Of a DNA stretch of 64,000 nt, positions 11,637 through 25,586 are shown in pieces. A model generated the notes under the pieces. It was given only the letters and a program-made list of their open reading frames with translations. It was not told where the DNA came from and did not search any database. Each line of letters opens with the position of its first letter. The first letter of the stretch is position 1. Source of the stretch: Lingula anatina (Eukaryota; Animalia; Brachiopoda); contig CM120648.1 in NCBI GenBank assembly GCA_051362555.1, positions 12,210,587-12,274,586 on the forward strand, written 5' to 3'. Position numbers and translations under genes: made by a program.

Positions 11637-11815
11637 CCCTCTACCAGGGCGACTGATAGATTTTTTTACAGATATTCACAGATATGACTCTAGATAGATA
11701 GATAGATAGATAGATAGATGGTCATTTGATTCTAAGTAACTAAATGACCATCTGTCTATTTAGAGACATATCTATGAATATCTGTATAAAATCTATCAGT
11801 CGGCCTGGTAGAGGG
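11637..11815. mobile_element. Foldback MITE, CCCTCTACCAGG TIR, TA flanks
   Basis: Long imperfect inverted arms ccctctaccagggcgactgatagatttt / aaaatctatcagtcggcctggtagaggg; internal (GATA)n. Confidence 0.85.
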
Positions 11816-12653
11816 TACGTTACTCTTATGTCCCAAAACGAGGCAAATGATAAATCGATGCAAGGGCTGACATTTTATAAAGTGCGTTTTCAAAGATTAG
11901 GTTGACATTTCAAAAAGTGCATTTTCAAAGATCAGGGGCAATAGATTCCCCGACCCAAAGCCAAATCGATATTAGAGAGGCACCCAAGAGAAATTGTCTG
12001 GCTAAAGATAGTTGCAGGTGACACCGCAAATTGTTTAATGACAGTTTGCTTTCAACTTGGCGTGTGTAGCATTTCCCCCCTTGAAACGGTGCACTCACAG
12101 CTGTCGCTGGGTGGGGAGGGATGAGGGTAGGGGATACGGGGGGGGGTAAGGATGGGGAGTGGTACAGAGGTAACACTAATGAATACTAAGGCAATATTAA
12201 TCTTACGTGCATTGGTGATGGGAAAATAAGTTTGTTATGTCTCATTCCATTTTTTAAAAATCTTTTTTGGAGGGGAGGGGGATAGAGACAGAAATAGAAG
12301 TGGAGATATCTCCGAGGCCACGAGGGGGGGGGGGGGGGGGGGGGGGCTGCCTGTATCCACCTTTGTCGCTATTTCGCCACTGTCTTTTCTACATTGACTT
12401 TCGGTTCTTCAGTTTTCGCTCTTCTGTACAAACCGCAACTTCCTGTTTATGTCTCGCGGGCAAATGGGTTAATGAAAAATCCTCAATGATTAGAAAATAC
12501 GCGGTGATGTTGGAATAAATCCTTGTCAGCAATCCACAGCTACCTATCAGAATTAAACAAACGTAGATATTGTCCAAAAAAAAAAGTAAAAATTACCTGT
12601 GTTTGAAGGATGGTCTTTTACGGGACGGTGATCACATAATGTATTCTGCTTGT

Positions 12654-12696
<43 letters not shown>

Positions 12697-13277
12697 TTAC
12701 AGAATACAATTAAAAACAAATTTGGATTAATTAGATAAATTAAAAAATCAACCTTGCCATCATATCATTTCACGAAAATAATGGTTTTTAATCAAAATCC
12801 TTTTATCTAAGAGGACTTGGATCCACGATGTGGCACTAATTTGGCCAGAATTTTTTTTCATACAAATTGGTGACCACTTAAAGGGTCAGAATGGAAGAGC
12901 CTGATAAAGGAGGCCCTTAGTAAAATATTATATATATATTTGCCCATGACTTAACAGTTATGCGGCTAATTGGTTAGACAGACAGACAGACAGTCAGGCA
13001 AATAAAAGGCTAATAAAATCATAACCAAAACCTCCTTGCTAACGGGAATGAAATGTTGAATAACATGGATGGCTTTATCCTCGGCTTCAAGCTACTATAC
13101 TAAAAAAACTTCTCTAGTTATTAAAGAATTATATTTTAACAATATTAAAGTACTCCGCTATTACAATTCTTTAATAGCTCGAGAGGACAACTTGTACAGA
13201 CCACACTTACGCTTGCAAAGAAATGACGACCAAAATATTAAAATATACAAAGCGATTATCGATAAACAGGCGCGTGA

Positions 13278-13279
<2 letters not shown>

Positions 13280-13361
<82 letters not shown>

Positions 13362-13409
13362 TGTGTGTGTGTGTGTATGTGTGTGTGTGTGAGAGAGAGT
13401 GTGTGTGTA

Positions 13410-13452
<43 letters not shown>
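13280..13452. repeat. Compound (TG)n/(AG)n microsatellite
   Basis: Directly visible. Confidence 0.95.
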
Positions 13453-13455
<3 letters not shown>

Positions 13456-14060
13456 TTTCCATGAAGAGATTAGCACTGCAAAATGAGACCATTTATTTAA
13501 CTTCTCACTTTCACTTGCGGCTCCAGGATTTTCGGAATTTTGCTAAAAGCCCGGGGGTTGGAATAGATCTAGGATTCAAATTTTGTCTGACTTTGTTCGG
13601 TTTCGCCATAGCACATGTTATTCTTTGTTAATAACGTAGAGTTCATATGTCAAAGAAGTATTGGCATTGTACTTTTCTACACCACCAGCTCCCGTGCAGG
13701 GTTATGTAATCTTTAAGGAAGGCATCAGTGTTTCCAAGAAAAATGTCTCCTTTGTGATGGTATAATCAATAAAAAATAAGAAACTAAAATGCGTCTTCAG
13801 TTTCAAGTCTGCGGTTTAGAAACTCGGGCAATCTGACAGATTTCATTAAGTAAGTTCGAATTATTTTACCATAAACAGGATTTACTCCCGACTCCTGAGG
13901 TTTTAACATGCTGCGTGCCCCCCCGCCCCCCCCCCACCCCCGTCCACCCATTATCATCTCGTCAAAATGCTATAATACTGCCCACTAGAATTTTGTTAAG
14001 GGGGGGGATTCCAAAGATATATTAAGGACAATTTTACTCTAATATTTAGGGTATAGGGAT

Positions 14061-14122
<62 letters not shown>

Positions 14123-14177
14123 TATAGGGAGGTAGCCCTGAAGCTTCGGTCTTCAATTAAAATGTTTTGCCGTAAAC

Positions 14178-14312
14178 CCTCCCACCCCGCTCCACCCCAC
14201 CCTACCCCATCCCACCCCACTCCACCCCATCCCACCCCATCCCACCCCATCCCACTCCATCCCACCCCACCCTATCCCACCCCACTCCACCCCACTCCAC
14301 CCCACCCATCCC
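14178..14312. repeat. Pentanucleotide CCCAC/CCCAT-type simple repeat
   Basis: Directly visible; preceded by a long poly-T run (about 14064-14121). Confidence 0.9.
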
Positions 14313-15295
14313 TGTCCATAATGTCTATTTCCGCTATGATGTATTAATAAAAGCCAGACACTGATGACAGATACGACTTTGGCACCTGCCTCTCCTTCAC
14401 CGTTGATTCTTTAGTTTGCCCTGAAGTCTTTCTTTTTCAAAGTCGAAACAGATCTGTAAAACCAGAACAACGATACCTGTGGCAAAACTGTTAATGGGCC
14501 GAAATTCTGTGAAAAGGTTTGGGACGTTTCGTTGGTAGTGAAAACTGTTCCAAATTCCAGGAAAGTCAAAATTTGCTACAACCAGGACTGATATTGAAGA
14601 CATTTTTTTAGGTACGGTTATACCACAAACGCCTTGGGTGTAAGGGGATAACAAATCATAAGCTAATTCAAGCAACGGAACACACAGGATGTGCAATTTC
14701 ATTTTATCATTAAAAAAAACAAAGTAGTCTACCGCCAATTATTTCTTCGTCAGTTCGTGTCAAAAGAATTGTCTGAAGGCAAAAATCAAGGGCTGCTAAT
14801 CTGCATTCACGCTTATATTTTCGTTCCTGCAACTGATTCAAGACACACGTAATACAGCACCATATGTTGTCATTTAAAAGTAGTTCTCAGTTTTCTATTA
14901 AAGTTTTCCCTGTTGAAGTCCCCCAAAAAAATTCTCAAAGAATTTGCTTATTTTAGCGTTATAATTTACAAATAATGATAAGATTATAATCATAAATGAA
15001 AATTATCAAACACAAGCTGAAAATCTTTCATACCGTTAGCTTACGGCCAATCTGGACGTAGGCCTTCATCAGACTTCTAAATGTGAGTAGATGTTGTTGC
15101 TTACTGACCGCTAGGTGGTATAGCGGTCAGGACCCTCTTTCAAATGTCAGGTAGGTCGACCTCCCCCCTCCCCCTATTTTGATAATTTTCATTTATGATC
15201 CAACTACCAAGCTTATGAATTTTTTTGCTCAACGATTAGTTTTGTTTTACTTTTTAGTTTAAGATACTTGGTGTTATTTTAACCCCAGACCTTAA

Positions 15296-15675
15296 AGGTA
15301 CATACGAACCGAGCATCGGTGGAGCGTGGATTCCGAGTAACACATGTAAACCACTTCTACTAGTTTCTTATACGACTCTAATAAATTATACGACATGCCA
15401 AGGGATAAACTGAATAAATCACCCGATCAGCCATAAAAGAGCTTTAGAGTGCTCCTTTCTTAAAATTTTTGGTTGTCAATTTAACCTACTTTCGTGACCT
15501 AATTTTCTGCCCCATTGACATACAGCATAGAATGCTAGCAGAAAAATCTGTTCAAACATCACTTTCGGGTAAAATTAAACAATGCCTTTTGGTAATTCTC
15601 TTAGTTATACTACTTGAATCTATATGCTGGCATTTGGTTGGTTTTTATGACAAAAAATTGACTTTGTATGTATCT
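15296..15675 (+). mobile_element. Non-autonomous DNA transposon with TTAA TSD (Kolobok-like)
   Basis: ttaa|aggtacatacga...ttgtatgtatct|ttaa; second copy inverted at 57723-58099. Confidence 0.85.
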
Positions 15676-15699
15676 TTAAGTGGGGTGAACACATCCAAA

Positions 15700-16219
15700 C
15701 CATGCATGCTTAGGTATGTTTAAAGCACTTTTATCTCAGACAGCTAAAGAGGGCAAAATTGGACATACAGTGTACGAGATGTCTGTACTAATATCAGTTT
15801 TAGAATATGCGTGTCCAGTGTGGGGACCAGGTCTGACTGCTGAGCAATCTGAATGTCTAGAGTCAGTTCAAAAGAGAGCCTTGTGAGGATTATTTGCCCT
15901 GGTCTCAGTTATGATAATGTCTTAAAAGTTTGTAACATTGACACCCTAGACAAACGTAGACATTTGCTCTATCAGAGGTTTTTACTACCAAAAGTGAAGA
16001 CAGAACATTTTAAAAACCCCTTTATTATTTAGGGCTTTTTCAATTTGTTGTAATTTATGAATGCCTTTTTAATTTGTAGTATTTTAGGAATCATTTATTG
16101 TTGTATAATTTAAAGTTTATTGTCAATTTTCTTTCCAACATACTTTGTACAGCTTCAACCTTGTTGCAAGGGTTGCAATTTTATCTAATAAATTATTATT
16201 ATTATAAATTATTATTATT
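15700..16219 (+). mobile_element. 5'-truncated LINE remnant (CR1/L2-group-like), degraded
   Basis: Frameshifted translation YLRQLKRAKL...VLEYACPVWGPGLTAEQSECLESVQKRAL..IICPGLSYDNVLKVCNIDTLDKRR, typical of the post-RT region; ends in aataaa plus an (ATT)n tail. Confidence 0.8.
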
Positions 16220-17788
16220 CAGACTTCACCTCTTTTGAAAATCTGTAAATGCCAAGTAGATATATGCGCTTTTTGAGGGTCGCATTGAAGATTAAAAGGC
16301 ATTCAATGAACATTTACCTTCTGTAGAGCAAACTGAATTTCCTGTACTTTTGGGTAATTTTAACTGTATCTCCTAAGTGCATCCTATCCAAAGCTGTTGA
16401 GAAAGTGGATTACGGTATTTAGAAACCTGTTTTCGAGTGAAATTCATAAATTAATATATCTCCATTAAAATAATTGTACTCATTAAAGTGAATATTAGAC
16501 AGAAGCTAATACATTCTATGGATGTAAGTTACATTTTTAAAATGTTTACTTAAGAAAACTAGAAATTTACTTTTTAAAAACTGGTCTATGTATCGTTGAT
16601 CGGCGAACGGTTTAAGATATAGCATGTCGCGGTGAAAGTAGACTAAAGTTAGTGCAGAAACTTTCAGCGATACACGGTAACAGCAATGTGTAATCATCTT
16701 TGAAAGTCTTTCAAATTATTCCTATGTGTTGGATTACAGTGAGGGTGCTTTCATGTGAAAGGTGATAGATTTGTCTTATTACAGCAAACAATTTTTATGT
16801 TTCCAAATATTGCTGTGTATTTTAAACTATTTAATCCTTATCCGAAAATGACACTAAAACAGCGCTTAAATCTTGGACACAGACATGCCAGTGTGTTTTG
16901 CTGATGTACATTACAGAAAAGAAAGCTCTCAGAATAGTATTTTCGTATTTTTTGGTCATCTCAGAGATCATTTACGGTACACACACTAGAGGAAAAGAAA
17001 AAATTGCTCTTCGTCGCAAATTTTCATGGGTGAGGAAAACGGCTTGTTGTGCGTTGCTATCGTGTCCGTTTTCAACTTCAGTACAAAGTATTATCTCCCA
17101 TACACGTGAACTATACACATCGTTCAATTTTGGAATTTAAATACACACTGCTTTTCATAAAAAAACAATGTGGAAGGAAATCCTGTCATCTGAGCGTGTA
17201 ATCACAGATGTTATGACCCAATCCTGTTTCGTGTCCTCCAGACTCGCATGACAACGATACCACAGCTAGCGTGTAGTTTCGTTTCCCCATTCAGATTCGT
17301 CCCAGGGACTTATATATATATGTCATCCCGTCAAAAGAAAATGCAGCCAGCTGAAAACGTGGGTTGCGTGTTCCAGAAATTGCCCACCATATTCTTGAAA
17401 GAATGTTTAAATGGAGAAAGTAGCGATCGTCTTACAGAAATAAAGCTAATTAGTCTGTGGTCAGCGGGATCCTGTTACTTTACCACTACTCTGTTTTATC
17501 CATTTATGAAGCAATTTACGCCTTCGAGATCCATAATTGTTGCTTAGCTGTAAGGATTACTTTACCCCAGTATCTATTAAGGACGTTCTTTAATATGAAT
17601 GACGATAGAATACAGTTTCCATTGCCTGCAATATTTCGATTTCTTTCACATAAATCCATAGGCCTTTGTCTTAGGATGCGTTATAGCCGTACTAATAAGG
17701 AACTTAAGAACATTCAAGGAGCTATTCAAGGAGCCATGCCTCGGATGGCAAGGCTAAAATGAGACGTGAATTAAAAAATTGTGACAAA

Positions 17789-17962
17789 GGCCTCATTCCC
17801 AATGGAACTTTCCTTCTACGTAGGTCAATCCAACTCCGCCATCGTGCTCGTATAATCACCCAATTTTTCTGTATTCTACTCAAAGCATGAGGAGAAGTAT
17901 TCACCTGTAAATCTGAGTTAGATCGATCTACGAAGGATGAGAGCTTCATTGGGAATGAACCC
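17789..17962. mobile_element. PIF/Harbinger-type MITE (family B)
   Basis: TIR ggcctcattcccaatg...cattgggaatgaaccc; internal ctacgtaggtcaatccaactc motif shared with 30921-31791. Confidence 0.7.
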
Positions 17963-19885
17963 CAAGACGTCAGCTTCTTTGAGGCCATTCGGGATATAAG
18001 ATCCGAGGATCTACTGATCCACGGATCAAATATGGCGGATCCTACATGAAACAAGAGCCGACTAATTCGCTGATGGTCTCCCCACCTCCACACGCACCAT
18101 CCGAGGTTAAATTGCTAGACCTCTGCAAGGACAACGCTTGGGTAGTTGAAAAATTGTCATTGGTCCCCAAAATTTAGTCTCATATATGAACTACCCGGTG
18201 CCTTGAGCTAGGCTAAAAAATTTTACGGGGCGTCCTGCCCGAATAGTAAGCTCAGCAATAGTAAGCTCAGCACTTGTACTGTATTTCATGGGAACATTTG
18301 CAACGAAGAAAGCCGAGATATGTAGTAACTTGTTTCGCATATAATTTGAAGTGTACTGTGTGTAAAAGAGACAAAATCTCAGGGTTAGCAATGAACTCGG
18401 TGTTCTTCCCACGAGGGAGTTCAACCCTCTTTTTATACCACGCGTCAAGATCTATGCAAACTGACATTAATACTATATTTCATCAAAACCGGTATCTGGA
18501 CATATAAAAGTCATTGACGATAACATAAAATTCCACTTTGTACCAAACCAAACTTTGCATTTAATGGTTATTTATGGGAACAACGCGTGTAGGGATGCAT
18601 TTCGTCGTCCATTTCGGCAATGCGAATAATTTATTGTCGACTTCTGTCCGACATTTTTCTGTGGTTCTGTTGTAATAATGTGGGATAGCCCGTAAATATG
18701 AGGCCCACTGTTGCAATAAGCATTTCAAATTGGAGTCACCCCCGTTTTATGTAATGTGGTTGATGTGGCTTGACATATCATGCAATGAGGCGACGGAGCG
18801 TAGTCTGTATAGGTTTCGATTTTTTTCCTCTCTCTTCGTACGGATGTACCGGAAACCAAAGCAGTGCTAGAAAATCAGGGAAGGCAAAGAAAAGAATGAT
18901 TTAAACTTTAGAAAAAAATATATTTGAAGAATATGTGATAAAAATAAAAGTTAAAAGCTGAAAACTGTTCTAAGCCAAAATGAACGGCATGTATCTAAAA
19001 CAGACCAAAATGTCGCGAGATTTTGCAGGATTTGTTGGAGGGTTAGTCGAAAGTAATGGCAGATGGTCCTAGAATCTGTCGAGTTACGTTTGTTTGCTTA
19101 CCAATATCTCTCCATTATATTTTGGGTGTCACTCTTGCATTGCTTCATTTAACCCCACCTCTTGTGAATTCTGGTCAAGTATGACATCATGCAGCGTCGA
19201 CAGCCTCGTTATAGGTTGTCTCGAGCGAAAAACCTAGCACGAACACTTTGAGAATATACCTCCAACACCAACTTCTTAGAGTTCAACCCCTTCATTTCTG
19301 GAAAGTTAAGTGTTCATATTTTCACAAAGTCCATCGCGTGTTATTGCATATGTCGGTGTTGTTATTGCAATTTCGTGTTTTATATTAATTCCACAGTGCT
19401 GAACATAAACAGGTGGGTGGGAACAATAGCACCATATTTCTAAGGTGGAAAGACGAGACATTTTTCATCTGTCGGAGTGATTTGCAAATGTTCCCATGCA
19501 CTTTCTGAATGTAACTACCCCATGCAATGGATATTCAAGAAATAGGAGCTCATCTCTAATAGTCTTTATGTTAGTCAACGTACCTGTACATGTAAAAAAT
19601 GACCTCGTGCAGAATGATGGAATCGAGCAAATAATAGTGCTCGGTGGCTGATGAGTGTTCTTGTTCGGAAAATTAAGCGCAATAAGGGTAAAATAAGTCT
19701 AAATAGTATCGAACTTCAAGAAAAGGGCGCTTTTACGAGGTTATTACAAAAACAACACTAAAAAACGAAAACAATCGCCTAACTTTGATGTCGGAAAGTA
19801 TGGAAAACTTGTCGTTTACCCACGGACACTCCGTTTTATTGCACTTTTCTCGCCAAAATGAAGAGGTATTATTCTTTTAACCTTA

Positions 19886-20126
19886 GGCCCCATTCAGATC
19901 GAGGAGATCCGAGTGCTAGCTAGGCCGCCGCCTAAATATGGCGGACCTCGACCGGTTGAATTGACCCGAGATTTAATTGCTGTACTTCTGCAGGGACGAC
20001 GCGTGGCGAGGCGTGTGAGAGGCGGAGAGACCGTTACAGGATTAAGCGGTCTTCCTTTCATGTAGGCCCGCCATATTTAGGTCGCGGCCTAGGTAGCACT
20101 CGGCTCTTCTCCATCTGAATGGGGCC
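19886..20126. mobile_element. PIF/Harbinger-type MITE (family C)
   Basis: About 60-bp TIRs ggccccattcagat...atctgaatggggcc containing aaatatggcg; TTA on both flanks. Confidence 0.88.
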
Positions 20127-20973
20127 TTAATGAAGATACAGTTACGTAAGTTACGTACATGTGTACTAGCTAGTATAACAAGAAGTCCATATTTCATGAC
20201 TGAGAACTGCAAGGCAAGTAATATTTACACTGAATAAAGTATAGGCTTACATGCATGCACGTTTGGCATATAATAAGCATTTATTTCACAATATCTGAGA
20301 ATACCCTACTTAACTTATATGACAAAACTCCATAAATTGGATGGGGGTTGGTAAAGCGGTGCGGTTTTTACTTGGCTGCACATTTTGATCCATCAGCTGG
20401 ATGTTTCCAACGCTAATTAAATGGTTATCTTACCGCACGCGGTTTGTCCAAAAAATGTCTGCCAAGGTAGATGAAGCGGCCCTATGACTGAGAATGGGTG
20501 ACATATCTTTGTCTATAGGTGCGTACTCCCCGTTCCATCTATAATGTTTGGGGGATTAATGTGTCATGCCATCCTCATTTTGCAGGAACTTTTTCCTGTC
20601 GCTACTGTAACTCAAATACAGGGACTATTCAACAGTTCTTGATGTTTTTTTTTTGTTTTTTTTTTTGACATGAAATGTATTGCACAGGCTAATTCCGCGG
20701 CGTTTACATACGACCATTAACCTTTACAGTAAATGCATGACCGCCTCATCTATACAACCGAAACCTTTAATGGTCCATTATGAGCCGCGCATGCGTACAC
20801 TTCTCTTTTCTCTGTAGTCACTCCCAAGATGTCTTTCGCAGAATATTGAAACGCTAAGGTGGTGTACGGAGATTCCTTAATCAAATTTACTTAATAGGGC
20901 CATTTTGAATAAATTAAGTGTAGAGAAATAGATACGTTTTAAATAGAACCACAACCGCCCCTGCGTCTCAAGC

Positions 20974-21597
20974 AAACAAAACCAGTTTCAACAGGCTATT
21001 AGCTAAAAGTAAACAAAACCAGTGTCATCAGGTCATTAGCTAAAAGTAAAAAAAACAGTGTCATCAGGTTATTAGCTAAAAGTAAACAAAGCCAGTGTCA
21101 TCAGGCTATTAGCTAAAAGTAAACAAAGCCAGTTTCATCAGGCTATTAGCTAAAAGTAAACAAAACCAGTTTCATCAGGCTATTAGCTAAAAGTAAACAA
21201 AGCCAGTTTCATCAGGCTATTAGCTAAAAGTAAACAAAATCAGTTCCATCAGGCTATTAGCTAAAATTAAACAAAGCCAGTTTCATCAGGCTATTAGCTA
21301 AAAGTAAACAAAACCAGTTTCATCAGGCTATTAGCTAAAAGTAAACAAAACCAGTTCCATCAGGCTATTAGCTAAAAGTAAACAAAGCCAGTTCCATCAG
21401 GCTATTAGCTAAACGTAAACAAAGCCAGTTTCATCAGGCTATTAGCTAAAAGTAAACAAAGCCAGTTTCATCAGGCTATTAGCTAAGAGTAAACAAAGCC
21501 AGTTTCATCAGGCTATTAGCTTAAAGTAAACAAAACCAGTGTCATCAGGCTATTAGCTAAAAATAAACAAAGCCAGTTTCATCAGGTTATTAGGTAA
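20974..21597. repeat. 37-bp minisatellite, about 17 copies
   Basis: Unit aaacaaagccagtttcatcaggctattagctaaaagt. Confidence 0.96.
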
Positions 21598-22076
21598 AGG
21601 TAGATGTACGTGAGGTGGAGTCGTTTATCATATGTGGATTTTACTGCGTATTTGAAAAGCGCACAGCTGTCTTGGAAAAACACACACATACATATATAAC
21701 TTTTTAAAACCCAAAACCCTGGGTACTTACTGGGATTACTTGGGTTGTCTATCCGTTCCTATAAATTAAGCCGACACATCCGGAAAATGCTCCTAAGTAA
21801 GATTTTAGGTGATGCAGTTAAAACTCAAATGTCTTTTTGATATTGGAACAAAAATCAATTCCAGTTTTGTATTTTAACTCACATTGAATGGAAATGCCTT
21901 GTAAACACCTTCAGGACGTCATTGAAAAAATCGGCCGTCCTTCGAGGAAACATGTCCAAGTGACTGCTGCATGGCTCTGACGAAAGCCATGAGTCTGTGG
22001 CCGTCAAATCGGTCTACACTTAAAGGTCACAATTCTTGAAATAGTCCCAAAGAGTTTCAAAGTTACCTGTACCCCC

Positions 22077-22078
<2 letters not shown>

Positions 22079-22120
<42 letters not shown>

Positions 22121-22158
22121 GCGTGCACACACACGCACACACACACACACAGAGGCGT

Positions 22159-22196
<38 letters not shown>

Positions 22197-22235
22197 GCGT
22201 GCACACACACACACACACAGGCACGCACGCACAAA

Positions 22236-22274
<39 letters not shown>

Positions 22275-22296
22275 CAACAACAACAACAACAACAAC
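22079..22296. repeat. Compound (CA)n/(CAA)n microsatellite with repeated gaggcgtg interruptions
   Basis: Directly visible. Confidence 0.92.
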
Positions 22297-22635
22297 CAAA
22301 TGCCTTATTATAGGCTTGGTGGTTCACATGAAGAACTCGTAGCCATGCAGTTTTTTTTTTTTTTTTTTCAACACAAACATGTATAATACATCGAAAACGA
22401 GACAGTTTCTGAAAAATGTTATCTGTAAATAGTAATTATGGTAAAATCAATGACTAATTGTTTCGATTACATATTCAATTTTTAGTTTTGTTTTTCTATT
22501 GATTTATTCATCTATTATTTCTGTTTATTTATTTGCTTTGTCTTTGTCGTATAATGATACTGATATAATCGCGCAATAGCTTGCAGAAAAGAAAAGTTCC
22601 AACAATCGAATCTTTAACATTACGAGCTGGTTAAC

Positions 22636-22790
22636 CGGGGTTGGACGGATGCCGTCTTCTGGGTCTTCCGGAAGACGGCCAGATTTTTTCAAGTTTACAT
22701 TAACGGGCATTTAATTTTTCTGTCGGAAGACGGTCAAAAATGGAGAATGAATCTGCAAAGATGATTTGGAAAATTGTCAGAAAATATCAA
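22636..22790 (+). mobile_element. Third copy of the 2226/8306 MITE family (ends degraded)
   Basis: Shared core cttccggaagacgg..caagtttacatt.acggg..tctgtcggaagacggtcaaaaatggag. Confidence 0.75.
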
Positions 22791-24171
22791 GATCTACAGG
22801 TAGTCTTAGTAAACGTCTAATCCGTTTTCAAGGCCTGCTATCAAGATGCTTATATTATCAAGTAAACGCGTGCAGAGAAGACAATTTTCAACAGACGGCT
22901 CTGTAGTATTACGAGGTTTACCTGGTAATCTTATTCTCCGTCTGCCTAGATCACGATTACGTGAAACTGGTCCACTTGATTACACTTTCCCTCATGAACA
23001 AATGCTAGAATGACGTCAACATCTCACGCAGAACTGCGAGATCACGCACTCCAACACATGCTGGTGATTTAAGAAAAGAGAGGCGTTTATTCAGCCATTG
23101 ATATACTAATTAAAATCACGTATAACAGAAATTGGATTGCTTTTCGGGTAAATGTATAAAGTATAAGATAACATTTTAGTTGCTAAGAATTTTTTTTTAA
23201 TGAGAGACAGCAGATGGGTAAAAACTTTTTAAAAAATCTTTTGGATCCTTTAAAACGTAAAAAGTCTCTTGTTCCTCGGAAAGAAATTAAGAAGACCGTA
23301 TGCAAGGTGGGTGCAGTAAAGAAAGTACCAAACTCACATCATCATCATCATCATCATTATAATCAATTTGGATAAGAAGTGTCAAACTAATATCATCATT
23401 ATTATAATATATGATGGTTAGGTCTCTGCCAGTTTTAAAAAATAATTGAACACATTTTTCTTCATCATCGCCTCGGAGAAAGTATAAGCGATGCACATTC
23501 TCTCTGTGAGGCACATATTACTCAGCTTATAAAAAGCCATCCACTAACAAGCTTTTAACAACTTCCCCCAACCCCAACACGCACTTATAACGGCTGTAAT
23601 GAAGAAGCATGGGCAGAAACGCCAATGTTTATAAAAATCCAAGGCTTACGCGGATTCAGGAACTTTTTACACACATGATACGTGATACAAGGCGCAAAAC
23701 AAACAGAAAGATCAATTTTTACGGTTCTTGGGGAATTAAATCACCGTTCTTGCAAAACATCCTGATAGCGTTGGTGAAAGAGTACATGTAACATTTAGCT
23801 ATTGTTAAGTCATGTGATCATTAGCACTTTAGTATTTAATCTGCAAGTACCGTTGTATAAAAAGAGCGTGCTTGATGTTGAAATGGGATCTAGTGTTTCA
23901 TTAATGATAAACGGTCTTCCAAGGAAAGCATAAGGTTCACAGCATATAACAGTTAAACTTCCTGTTTTCTGTCAAAAATGTTGACGGATCGTAATGATAA
24001 TCCCTTCTCGTCTTTCTTGAAAGCAATTACAAAACCTTTCTTTTTTTTTCAAAAATTCGAAACATCTTTTTATAAGCCCAAATATTAAATGCGGATCAAA
24101 CAGATGGGGTGTTTGTACTTTCGCATAAAAGGGTAATAGGGGCGGACCTTCGCCATAACGGGAAGATTGGA

Positions 24172-24342
24172 CCGGTGCAACAGGAGTGGAAGTCCGCTAG
24201 GAACCGTAGACCGTTCCCCATTACTTTGTACAGGTGACATTCGTCCCATATACTAACCCCAATACCTCGACTAACCCTAACCTGTACTTATCACATAGGA
24301 CCCGGACTTCCATTCCTAGGACTACCATTCCTGTCACACCGG
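24172..24342 (+). mobile_element. MITE with CCGGTGTGACAGGAATGG-type TIR and internal ctaaccctaacc
   Basis: Inverted termini; opposite-orientation copies at about 30164-30332, 34724-34895 and 35547-35933. Confidence 0.8.
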
Positions 24343-25336
24343 CATTACTGCTGAAAATAAATCTGCAATAAAACAGATAAATCGCCTTAATGAATCCCTT
24401 GGTCTTCTATCATACTTCATGTGTAATGTGATGCTGTCAACCTCTTAATATTGTTAAACAATGTGGTCTCAGCATCGTCTGCTTCTCAGCCAAAATGTAG
24501 CAGTTTCTTGCAAAAAAATAATAATAAGAGAGAAAAACAATAAACCACACTGAGCTTCACAGAGTAGACATTATAAGATAAACTCAGTTGTCGCAAAAAT
24601 TGAAACTGGTCACCAAGTTTTTGAGTGAAAAAAGAGCCAGGTAGTCGGTAGAAGCGGCTTTTTTTTTTCTTTGCAGACGATTTTTGCACTCAGTGACAAC
24701 CTCCACTGACAAGAAAAAAAAAACGAGGAAGTAACCGTCTAGATTTCGACCACAAACCTCATGTTGACCGCAGAACATTTGTCTAGATAATTAGATAATT
24801 GGCTGCAATGCGCCGTAGGATTATGTCCGAGCTAACCGCACTGTCAGTTGTGACGTCACGTTCTGTTCAAAGTTCTGCTCAAAACGTACGGTGCATTTAC
24901 AGTCCGGTTGTGACGGTTTGGCTTAGTGCCGTACTACGTCCATGTGTCTTTTCAATTCGATTTCTTACCATCTCCACCACCGCGGCAAGACTAAATGCCC
25001 CAAGCAGGAACAAAAAAAAATGATTAGATCGACTCCTTATGATTAGACATTGCCACCATGTCGTCCGCTGAGATAACCAAAGACGTTCTAAATCAAGACC
25101 TCACAATAGTACTGAAAATGTGTCTTCAATTTCCGAGGAGACCTTAGCGGTCACGTTCTCTCAAGCGCAATGAAATTGAGCCGTGTCTCGCAACAGAAGG
25201 AGAAGCGATGCGCTCGCGTTTCAAACTGCCGCACGCCACCCAGTTTCCGGTGTTTCAGGGGAAAATCAGGGAGAGTGTCTGTCTCTCTCCAACCCCACAC
25301 CTGAACTCTGCGTCACTAGGTGTGACAGGAGGAGAG

Positions 25337-25344
25337 TATATAAA
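25337..25344 (+). promoter_or_regulatory. TATA box of the secreted Cys-rich protein gene
   Basis: TATATAAA 160 bp upstream of the ATG at 25497; Inr-like tcag about 30 bp downstream; tgcgtca just upstream and a full TGACGTCA at 24851-24858. Confidence 0.65.
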
Positions 25345-25496
25345 CGCTCGTCACCCCTTCTGCCTAGAAGAACTTCAGAACTTTCCGTGTTCGCAATCAA
25401 CGGCAGTAGAGACAGAAGTAGATTTCCGCAGTTTGAATTTTATTTTCGAAGTACTGTAGCAATAGTGAAGCTATCTCCGGCGGAACCGAAGTGAAA

Positions 25497-25586
25497 ATGA
25501 GTGGAGCAAAGAACATCGTGCAACAGTTGGTCTTCTTGTGCCTGTGCGTGTGTGTTTTGAAGGCATCGCCCCTCCGAAGGGAAGAG
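25497..25586 (+). CDS. Secreted Cys-rich protein, exon 1 (signal peptide)
   Basis: aaaATG start; MSGAKNIVQQLVFLCLCVCVLKASPLRREE has a hydrophobic core and a likely A-S cleavage; donor gag|gtgagc, phase 0. Confidence 0.75.

Noticed and set aside
14397-14738. 113-aa minus-strand ORF
   Set aside because: No recognisable motif and no convincing exon partners.
20974-21597. Regular 37-bp repeats as a CRISPR-like array
   Set aside because: Units are head-to-tail with no unique spacers, there are no cas genes, and the context is eukaryotic.
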